IMG/VR virus record: IMGVR_UViG_3300042334_001734
Location: 1 to 25,960 of that record
Reading direction: 5' to 3' (one strand)
DNA from: a virus
Taxonomy: Duplodnaviria > Caudoviricetes
Length of the DNA: 25,960 nt
A model generated the notes under the pieces. It was not told the DNA's origin. It saw only the letters and a program-made list of their open reading frames with translations, and ran no database searches. Both the position numbers and the translations under genes were made by a program. Below are positions 17,830 to 24,884 of this stretch, piece after piece. Each line of letters starts with the position of its first letter. The first letter of the stretch is position 1.

Positions 17830-19589
17830 TCCATATAAAAAATCTAACCGTTAAAAACTTTATGAGTGTAGGTAACAGCACACAAGCGATTGGATTTGAT
17901 CGTAAAGACCTTACGCTGGTTTTAGGTGAAAATTTAGACCTAGGTGGTGATGGAAGTCGCAATGGCACAGGCAAGACTACGATTATCAATGCTCTTAGCT
18001 ATAGTCTATATGGACAAGCACTTAGTAATATCCGTAAGGATAACTTAGTCAACAAGACTAACAATAAAAATATGTTAGTCAGTTTGGATTTTAGTGTTGG
18101 TGATAAAGATTATCGAATTGAACGTGGTCGTAAACCTAACTTGTTAAGATTCTTTGTAAACAATCAAGAGCAAGAAATTACAGACGAGGCACAAGGTGAC
18201 AGTAGAGAAACACAAGATGCTATTGAACATACGCTAGGACTTAGCCACGATATGTTTAAGCATATTATGGCGTTAAACACGTACACAGAACCTTTCTTAA
18301 GTTTAAAAGCCAACGATCAGCGAACTATTATTGAGCAGTTGCTTGGTATTACTTTGTTATCAGAACGTGCTGACAAGATTAAAGAACAAAATCGTGCTAC
18401 TAAAGATGGAATTACTCAAGAAGAATTTCGTATTCGTGCGGTGCAGGAGGCTAACAAGCGTATTGAGGAACAAATCGACGCACTGAAACGCAGACAAGGC
18501 ATGTGGACAACTAAACATGAAGAAGAGAAAACAAAATTTGAGACTGCGCTGGCAAGCCTCAAAGAGATCAACATTGAATCTGAAATTGAGGCGCATAAGG
18601 CGCACGAGGCTTGGGATCAGCGCAGGAAAGATATCAACGAACTATCGAGCGCAATTAGTCGGGCAAAACTTGATAAGGACCGAGAGACAAAGGCCGTGGT
18701 CAAGCTGGAGAAGGAAATTACTTCTCTCATCGATCATACATGCCATACATGCGGCCAGGCCTTTCACGATCAAAAGCACGAACAGGTACTGGCGGGTAAA
18801 CAGGAAGATTTGGCAACAGCTAGAACAGCAAGCCAGGAACACACACAACTCTTATCAGAGTTGGAGACTGCCGTCGAAGCCTTGGGGACGCTAGGTAAGC
18901 CTCCCAAAACATTTTACGACAAAGAAGAGCAAGCAATTCAACATCGTGCTAATTTATCAAACTTAGAAATACAGTTGGTTACCAAGACAGCAGAAGTTGA
19001 TCCGTATATTGAACAGATTGAGGACATGCAGAATCAGGCCTTGCAGGAGGTTAATTATGATACACTTAATGGACTTAGTCGTTTACAAGAACACCAGGAA
19101 TTCTTACTCAAGCTACTCACCAGCAAAGACAGTTTTATCCGAAAAAAGATTATTGAACAAAACCTCAGCTATCTGAATGCTCGCCTAACACACTACTTGG
19201 ATCGTATTGGCTTGCCACATACTGTAGTGTTTCAAAATGACCTGAGTGTTAGTATTGAAGAATTGGGTAGAGAGTTAGACTTTGATAACCTGAGTCGCGG
19301 TGAACGTAACAGACTAATTTTAAGTATGAGCTGGGCATTCCGAGATGTATTTGAGAGTTTATATCAACCAATTAATGTATTATTCATTGACGAAATGATT
19401 GACAACGGCCTAGATACACAGGGCGTTGAATCGGCATTGGCATTGTTAAAGCAAATGAGCCGTGAACGACACAAGAGTATTTGGCTAGTAAGTCATAGAG
19501 ACGAGCTGGCTGGTCGTGTAGAAAATATCCTTAAGGTTGTTAAAGAAAACGGCTTTACAAGCTATAACACAGATAGTGAAATAGCATGA
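17826..19589 (+). CDS. gp46: Recombination ATPase subunit, gp46/Rad50/SbcC-like
   Basis: 587 aa. Walker A RNGTGKTT, coiled coil with zinc hook CHTC, signature LSRGE, Walker B LFIDE and H-loop VSH. Confidence 0.95.
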   Translation: MIHIKNLTVKNFMSVGNSTQAIGFDRKDLTLVLGENLDLGGDGSRNGTGKTTIINALSYSLYGQALSNIRKDNLVNKTNNKNMLVSLDFSVGDKDYRIERGRKPNLLRFFVNNQEQEITDEAQGDSRETQDAIEHTLGLSHDMFKHIMALNTYTEPFLSLKANDQRTIIEQLLGITLLSERADKIKEQNRATKDGITQEEFRIRAVQEANKRIEEQIDALKRRQGMWTTKHEEEKTKFETALASLKEINIESEIEAHKAHEAWDQRRKDINELSSAISRAKLDKDRETKAVVKLEKEITSLIDHTCHTCGQAFHDQKHEQVLAGKQEDLATARTASQEHTQLLSELETAVEALGTLGKPPKTFYDKEEQAIQHRANLSNLEIQLVTKTAEVDPYIEQIEDMQNQALQEVNYDTLNGLSRLQEHQEFLLKLLTSKDSFIRKKIIEQNLSYLNARLTHYLDRIGLPHTVVFQNDLSVSIEELGRELDFDNLSRGERNRLILSMSWAFRDVFESLYQPINVLFIDEMIDNGLDTQGVESALALLKQMSRERHKSIWLVSHRDELAGRVENILKVVKENGFTSYNTDSEIA

Positions 19590-20029
19590 TAGTAGATCTT
19601 GTTAACCGCGTTCCGGTTGCTTCGTGTAAAAGTTTATTTTTGTCTAAGTTGCATAACAAAAACCAGTTGCCGCAATATCAAGATTTTTGTACCATAATAT
19701 CCAATAATTTAACCACAGCATTAGTCATTAACGACGGGTATTGCTCGTTAGCAGAACTAGATAAAAAAATTATTATAGCCAGTCAATCCGTTACACACTA
19801 TTTTTATCTGGCTATAAACAAGTTTTACATTTATTCTGACATAGATCTAGATATTAGTCCTACACAAGATTATGACTCACTGTTAGTCGACCACTGTTAT
19901 AATTTAATTAAGGATCAATTTGAATTAGTTAGTTCCTCTATTCGGTTAGATGATCACGGACAACTAGGTAATTTTGTCCATCCTGTAACTACAATGGTTT
20001 TAAAACGACATGACAAAACTTCAAATTAG
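19586..20029 (+). CDS. Hypothetical accessory protein
   Basis: 147 aa, AT-rich, ATGA-coupled to gp46. Confidence 0.6.
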   Translation: MIVDLVNRVPVASCKSLFLSKLHNKNQLPQYQDFCTIISNNLTTALVINDGYCSLAELDKKIIIASQSVTHYFYLAINKFYIYSDIDLDISPTQDYDSLLVDHCYNLIKDQFELVSSSIRLDDHGQLGNFVHPVTTMVLKRHDKTSN

Positions 20030-20504
20030 AAGGTTAAAAAGCCATTACCTTAGCCGGTGGGCGGTTATGAGACACAATCAAAAAAATCAAAAGAAAATTT
20101 TGGTTCTAGAGGATCAGTTTGTATTAAGGAATTTAATACCTGGATCAACTTTATGTTATAACTGCTTGGGAGAAATATATCAAGGTATGATTGATTTATC
20201 TCCCAGAGACAAATATGACAATTTGGTGTTAATTAATAATATCGAATTTATTAATTTAACCGTTGATCAAACCAATGTATGGATAGAAAATCTCGCCAAT
20301 CAATTTTTGAAACCAGGCGGAAAAATTATTGTAAGTTTAGAACATAAATTTATAATTTATAACCGTGTAGAGATATCAGTTAACACATTAATTTCAACTT
20401 GGTTTACAAATTCAAACAGATTGAAGTTAACAAAATTTTTAAATTTATTAGGTAAAACAAACCCAGGATATGGTGATTATTTTTTTTGTATAGATTATGT
20501 TTAA
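20010..20504 (+). CDS. Hypothetical protein, possible degenerate SAM-methyltransferase fold
   Basis: 164 aa. KYDNLVLIN and FLKPGGKIIVS resemble class I methyltransferase C-terminal motifs, but no clear GxGxG motif I is present. Confidence 0.5.
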   Translation: MTKLQIRRLKSHYLSRWAVMRHNQKNQKKILVLEDQFVLRNLIPGSTLCYNCLGEIYQGMIDLSPRDKYDNLVLINNIEFINLTVDQTNVWIENLANQFLKPGGKIIVSLEHKFIIYNRVEISVNTLISTWFTNSNRLKLTKFLNLLGKTNPGYGDYFFCIDYV

Positions 20505-21363
20505 TATAATAATTCTGTATTGGGAGCCCGGTAGTGGGGGAGATTTTATTCAAAGTTTGTTGCTGTCCGACAATCAGTATCGTGGTGTTGTAACCAATTT
20601 TAATTTTACCGACTCAGGAAGAATTAGTCCTACCTTAGATTTATCATTTAAAGAGTTGTTTGAATCAAACTTGTGGTATTTTAAAGAATGGTCTCATGAA
20701 GATTGTTGTACATTGGCTGATATTATCAAGGCAGAAAACATTACTCAATTTGTGATTCCGACCCATAGGGTTGATCAAATTTCTGTTTTACAAAAATATT
20801 TTTCTAACAGTGTTTCAGTTGGAATAACATATCCAGAAAATATGTTTCCTATAGTTTTAAAAAATTGGTGTAAAAAAGTTGCGCAGACCGATTCGTATCT
20901 TGGTAAAATTTATAATCAACCTGTTCATCAATATTTAAAAAATAATAACGTCTTCGGAGAATTTGTGTTAAAAGAACAACTTAGATTTGGGACTAGACTT
21001 CGCACTTCAGTAGAAGATGTATTTGATGTTGCTATTTCTTTGGAGAAATTATATCTTGCCGATCTGTCTGATATCCATTTGTTAATTAGTGATCAGTCAA
21101 CAGTATATGATAATGTACATAGATGGTTATCGGCCCAGGGAGAGATTCAACAATATTGTTTTACAGTACATACAAATTTAAAAGACGCAATAGGATATAA
21201 TTCTAAAGCAGTTATCGCTGGTAAGTCAACCATCAAGTTGGATAGTTTTGACAATATATTAATAAAAGAATATTTTTTAAAAAATACCTTAATTAAAAAT
21301 GTGCCAATTTTTAAAACTTTAAAACAGGCAGACACTTTTTTAACAAGCGAGCTTGCGGTATGA
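20497..21363 (+). CDS. Hypothetical accessory protein with sulfotransferase-like N-terminal loop
   Basis: 288 aa. IIILYWEPGSGGDFIQSLL resembles the PxSG loop of P-loop sulfotransferase folds. Confidence 0.6.
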   Translation: MFNIIILYWEPGSGGDFIQSLLLSDNQYRGVVTNFNFTDSGRISPTLDLSFKELFESNLWYFKEWSHEDCCTLADIIKAENITQFVIPTHRVDQISVLQKYFSNSVSVGITYPENMFPIVLKNWCKKVAQTDSYLGKIYNQPVHQYLKNNNVFGEFVLKEQLRFGTRLRTSVEDVFDVAISLEKLYLADLSDIHLLISDQSTVYDNVHRWLSAQGEIQQYCFTVHTNLKDAIGYNSKAVIAGKSTIKLDSFDNILIKEYFLKNTLIKNVPIFKTLKQADTFLTSELAV

Positions 21364-21376
21364 TAACTACTAGTCC

Positions 21377-21817
21377 ATGGTATGGCTTTACGAAAACAAA
21401 CAAATCGATGTTTTGCCCGAAGAGTGCGTTGGTTTTGTATATTTGATTACAAATAACTTAACCGGTAGGAAATACATTGGAAAAAAATTAGCAAAATTTA
21501 GTAAGACAACATATAAAACAATAAAACTTAAAAACGGCAACAAAAAACGCAAGAAAATCAGAAGCAAAATCGATTCAGACTGGCAACTATACTACGGATC
21601 AAGTCCGGAATTAACAAAAGACATAGAACAACTAGGACCAGGCAACTTTACTCGCGAAATATTATACTACTGTAGGTCTAAATCCGAATGTAGTTACATA
21701 GAAGCTCGCGAACAATTCTCAAGACGTGTATTAGAAACAGATGATTACTACAACGGGCACATACAAGTACGTGTACATGGTAGTCATATAATTAAAAGAA
21801 AAAATGATAATGAGTAA
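21377..21817 (+). CDS. Stand-alone GIY-YIG family nuclease with basic insertion
   Basis: 146 aa. GFVYLITNNLTGRKYIGKK (GIY...YIG), YYGSS, FTREIL, a candidate catalytic Glu in YIEARE and Asn in YYNG. Confidence 0.8.
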   Translation: MVWLYENKQIDVLPEECVGFVYLITNNLTGRKYIGKKLAKFSKTTYKTIKLKNGNKKRKKIRSKIDSDWQLYYGSSPELTKDIEQLGPGNFTREILYYCRSKSECSYIEAREQFSRRVLETDDYYNGHIQVRVHGSHIIKRKNDNE

Positions 21818-22631
21818 AGTAATTTTTGCTGGATGTTCGTTTACTGCCGGAAGTGGGTGGGACGAACTCGGGGTTGTTGAACAATGTAAAAATTCTCCAA
21901 ATTTATGGGTCAATTTGTGTTGTGATCAAATTGATCAGTTAAAAAATTTAGAACTTGTAAATTTAGGAAAGGGCGGTGCATCTAATTCAGAAATATTTAC
22001 AATTGTAACACGAGCAATTGCAGAGTCTCGGTTTGATATTAGTATGCTTTTTTGTCAATGGACCGGCATGCCAAGATATAATTTTAGTGTTGGATTTGAA
22101 CTTTGGCCTACTACTGAACAACTATCACCAACTGCCCGATCTAAATTTGATGTCAATTTAAATCGTGGGGATAAGTGGACTAGAAAATATTTAGATGATT
22201 TATTAGACAGATTATTAGTATTGCATCATCTGCATCACGAAATTGTCAAGGTTGTAGAATATTCTAATATTTTACAAAAATTGGCTAAAGAATTTAATAT
22301 TAAATTATTTTTTATTAACGGACTATGCCCGTGGGACCAAGATTACTTTGTTAGATTACCCGGAGCCATGCCAGAACAATTTACATCATTTACTAAAAAA
22401 GAAATACTGAATATTGAATCACGCAACGACGAAGACATTTTTAAACTTTATAACATAATGCATGCCGACTATGAGTTAGCCGGCGGTATTGATGCTACTA
22501 ATTGGATCAATTTATATGATTCATTCCTTAAAAATAAAACAGATTTAAATTTTGATAAGATGCATCCAGGCACCCAAAGCAACCAGCATTACTTCCATCA
22601 AGTAAAAACATTTTTAGAAAATCAACAGTAA
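21804..22631 (+). CDS. SGNH/GDSL hydrolase-like accessory protein (paralogue of 14953-15738)
   Basis: 275 aa. IFAGCSFT, NLGKGGASN, CQWT, FFING and DKMHPG. Confidence 0.7.
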   Translation: MIMSKVIFAGCSFTAGSGWDELGVVEQCKNSPNLWVNLCCDQIDQLKNLELVNLGKGGASNSEIFTIVTRAIAESRFDISMLFCQWTGMPRYNFSVGFELWPTTEQLSPTARSKFDVNLNRGDKWTRKYLDDLLDRLLVLHHLHHEIVKVVEYSNILQKLAKEFNIKLFFINGLCPWDQDYFVRLPGAMPEQFTSFTKKEILNIESRNDEDIFKLYNIMHADYELAGGIDATNWINLYDSFLKNKTDLNFDKMHPGTQSNQHYFHQVKTFLENQQ

Positions 22632-22632
22632 G

Positions 22633-22974
22633 GCATTAATCCGCTATGTTTGGTCTAGGTAGCTAGACTTGCAAGGAGGAACGGTGAAATACCCGGTCCG
22701 GATAATCTTGTGTGCGAAAGGCAATTGCTAACTTAAGGCAACAAATGGTTTGGGCTCCGTTGAAAAAGATACGACTCATGCTTATAGGACTTGGATTTAT
22801 TGTCGGGTCACTAGGGTTCCGTTGATTTGTGAAGCTAGAGTAAGGGGTACCGGTCAACCGCCTCTGCGTAGAAATACAATCTCTTTATAATAAATGACTG
22901 CTGTCACTCGGATAATGTGTCAAGGTCAATTCACCGTGACACGGTGAATTGTGACCACATAATCTGGATAATGC
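22633..22974 (+). ncRNA. Candidate large structured non-coding RNA (~340 nt), family not recognised
   Basis: No credible ORF. The 5' GCATTAATCCG (22633-22643) pairs with the 3' TGGATAATGC (22965-22974). Multiple stems with GNRA/UGAAA loops, an 11-bp perfect hairpin at 22927-22951, a possible pseudoknot, and a downstream terminator. Confidence 0.65.
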
Positions 22975-23013
22975 GTAAGAAAAACAATCATGTCTGAGTG
23001 TAACGAAAGACAT

Positions 23014-23035
23014 AGATTAGCGTAGCTAATCTTTT
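23014..23035 (+). terminator. Intrinsic terminator-like hairpin
   Basis: AGATTAGC-GTA-GCTAATCT (8 bp) followed by TTTATTA, at the end of the plus-strand operon. Confidence 0.6.
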
Positions 23036-23040
23036 ATTAC

Positions 23041-23110
23041 CGCTAACAAAATCTTACAAAACTAAACAAAGCAAAATCTTTTTGTACATACGCTAAGAAA
23101 ATCATACAAA
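23041..23110. repeat. 20-bp direct repeat pair with 10-bp-phased ACAAA motifs
   Basis: CGCTAACAAAATCTTACAAA (23041-23060) and CGCTAAGAAAATCATACAAA (23091-23110) are 18/20 identical, with starts 50 bp apart. Confidence 0.7.
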
Positions 23111-23135
23111 TGTCTAGTTTTACAAACTTTTTCAT

Positions 23136-23468
23136 CTAGAACGTATCGGGCCAATCTCTAAACAAGGCATGTTGTATATCTCCACTAACAAACTGATTGA
23201 AACTTTTGTGTTTGACTTCTAGTTCTCCTTCTAACGGAGCAACCCTCTTAAAGGCACTGTCCATCTGCGCCATGTCTTTAAATTCCATTAGAATCATCCA
23301 TTCGGGCATGTCGGCGATACTACGGAAGCCCATCTTACAACGAGTAATTCTGTAGGTTTCCATTTTGCCCTCACTAATTAACTGTTCAAAGAAACTTTTC
23401 ATGCCGTTGACCCAATCTAAGTCCGAAATGTCGCCTTCTTTGTTTGCCCATATAGTGTAGAGATCCAT
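23136..23468 (-). CDS. Small dimeric alpha-beta barrel-like protein (DUF6614-like)
   Basis: 110 aa with AAGGA RBS. YRITRCKMGFRSIADMPEWMILMEFKDMAQMDSAF and terminal ALFRDWPD. Family recalled from the motif, not searched. Confidence 0.65.
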   Translation of the reverse strand: MDLYTIWANKEGDISDLDWVNGMKSFFEQLISEGKMETYRITRCKMGFRSIADMPEWMILMEFKDMAQMDSAFKRVAPLEGELEVKHKSFNQFVSGDIQHALFRDWPDTF

Positions 23469-23506
23469 TATTTTATCCTTGAGTAATAATATACATATAT
23501 AATTAT

Positions 23507-24187
23507 ATGAAAATAAAGTTTGATCATAATTTTGGCCAACAAGAGCAAGGCGAGTTTTTTCATTTCCGTTGCGAGCTCATTGATGTTGAATTGATAGAAC
23601 ACAATGCAGCTTTAGAAATGGGTTTTTTACAAACCATACGAAATAATCAAATACGCTGGTATCAAAGTCGTAGCACAAGAGTAGCAGTTGCTAACACCAA
23701 TTACACTATATTGGATACTGCTTGCGAATTAGTAAATCCTACTGCTAGTCAGTTTACAGAAATGGATCATATCTATACTAGCTATTGCTATTATAAAAAA
23801 TTTAAAAAATATTTTGAAGTAGGGCAACGTCTAAGCGGTGATCGTTTTATTGCCTACTACCATGATGACATTTTTGTAGCATGGGCCAAACTGCGCCATT
23901 ATTCACCACAGGCTATTGAAACGTGTTTGTTTGTATGGGATTATAGTTTACCGGCCTCTCGCCTAGGGTCACGTAGTCTAGAACATGAAATTGCTTGGGC
24001 TAAACAACAAGAGTACGAGTATGTTTATTTAGGCCCAGGATACGAAAAAAGTTCAATTTACAAGGCAGAGATACAGGGCTTTGAGTGGTGGAACGGTGAT
24101 GTTTGGTCCCAAGATGTAGATCAATATGTTTGGCTGTGCAAACGTGATAGTAAAATTAAGTTGCCCGCGGATCTTTACGGTGTTTGA
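23507..24187 (+). CDS. Aminoacyl-tRNA-protein transferase-like protein (ATE1/Bpt GNAT fold)
   Basis: 226 aa. FVWDY...RLGSRSLEHEIAWAKQQEYEYVYLGPGYEKSSIYKA matches the ATE C-terminal pattern (LG..S...EI..A......Y.YLGY......M.YK). Confidence 0.7.
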   Translation: MKIKFDHNFGQQEQGEFFHFRCELIDVELIEHNAALEMGFLQTIRNNQIRWYQSRSTRVAVANTNYTILDTACELVNPTASQFTEMDHIYTSYCYYKKFKKYFEVGQRLSGDRFIAYYHDDIFVAWAKLRHYSPQAIETCLFVWDYSLPASRLGSRSLEHEIAWAKQQEYEYVYLGPGYEKSSIYKAEIQGFEWWNGDVWSQDVDQYVWLCKRDSKIKLPADLYGV

Positions 24188-24665
24188 ACAAAGCCTGTAA
24201 GTAATCTTCGGGCCAAGTATCATAAAAGCCCTGCTTGGCAACAAGTTGGGCTTTTTCATTTAGGTCCGTTAGGCTCTGTACAAGTGCCAGTGCATACGTG
24301 CCTTGATTCATGCTAACACCGTTAACAATTTCTTGATCCCCAGGATGATCCTCTAAAGCCAGCAAATCGTTTTGTAGCAATGCTTCTTCGTTAGCAGCTT
24401 TAATGTCGCTAGTAAATTGTGAATAAAAGAATTCGTCGGGATTGTATGCAAGTATTAACACACTTTTGCCACTTAGTCCGTCTCTGGCAACATTAAGAAG
24501 GTCAAAGTAGGGATTAACTCCTACCCTAACTGTAAAGTCCTGATCTAGCCTGGCCTTGCGAGCATACGGACAAGGGGGCCAACCGCCTAGGGCAGGATGG
24601 GGGACTTCCACAAAAGTCTCTATCCAGAGTCCTATGTGATATTTTACGGTATCTAGGTCTAACAT
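24156..24665 (-). CDS. Hypothetical protein, DUF1415-like
   Basis: 169 aa. WIETFVE...PPCPYARKA and EDHP resemble the CPFA/FHP motifs of DUF1415. Overlaps the convergent transferase gene by 32 bp. Confidence 0.6.
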   Translation of the reverse strand: MLDLDTVKYHIGLWIETFVEVPHPALGGWPPCPYARKARLDQDFTVRVGVNPYFDLLNVARDGLSGKSVLILAYNPDEFFYSQFTSDIKAANEEALLQNDLLALEDHPGDQEIVNGVSMNQGTYALALVQSLTDLNEKAQLVAKQGFYDTWPEDYLQALFKHRKDPRAT

Positions 24666-24669
24666 ATTT

Positions 24670-24858
24670 TCAGAAAAACGGGAGGCCCGACTTTTTAGTG
24701 GTCTCTAAATTGTCTTTGATTAGGTCATTCAATGATTTACGCTCGGCTGTGCTAAGGTGCAAGGCCTGGGCATAGCTAACGCCACCTCGCATGTACCAAG
24801 ACATTTTTAACGCCTCTTGCCTGATTGTATCTGTTTCTTTTTCCATCTGCTCGATCAT
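24670..24858 (-). CDS. gp51-like baseplate/tail assembly protein; probably also the -1 frameshift extension of the upstream gene
   Basis: 62 aa. SWYMRGGVSYAQALHLSTAER. The frame stays open upstream to the slippery site at 24900-24906, and there is no clear RBS. Confidence 0.65.
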   Translation of the reverse strand: MIEQMEKETDTIRQEALKMSWYMRGGVSYAQALHLSTAERKSLNDLIKDNLETTKKSGLPFF

Positions 24859-24884
24859 TTCTGTAATCTGATCAGAGCTTGAGA

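Noticed and set aside
18360-18894. Overlapping ORFs within the gp46 coiled coil
   Set aside because: Alternate-frame by-products of a repetitive coiled-coil region; gp46 is intact with no intein or intron signature.
22663-22857. 64-aa minus-strand ORF in the intergenic region
   Set aside because: Short, with no RBS or recognisable motif; better explained as antisense to the structured element.
22633-22974. RNase P, tmRNA, or group I/II intron identity for the structured region
   Set aside because: GAGGAAC only partly resembles the RNase P GAGGAAAGUCC and has no matching 3' partner. There are no tRNA-like ends, no P7 or domain V consensus, and no interrupted gene.
22994-23008. CTGAGTGTAACGAAA as a hammerhead ribozyme core
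   Set aside because: It lacks CUGANGA, and the flanks pair with each other as a simple hairpin, leaving no stems I/III or cleavage triplet.
23041-23110. Mini CRISPR array
   Set aside because: Only two imperfect 20-bp non-palindromic repeats, the intervening sequence shares the same low-complexity motifs, and there are no cas genes in the window.
24666-24680. Second frameshift at G TTT TTC TGA into the DUF1415-like gene
   Set aside because: The -1 frame is not the frame of the downstream ATG.
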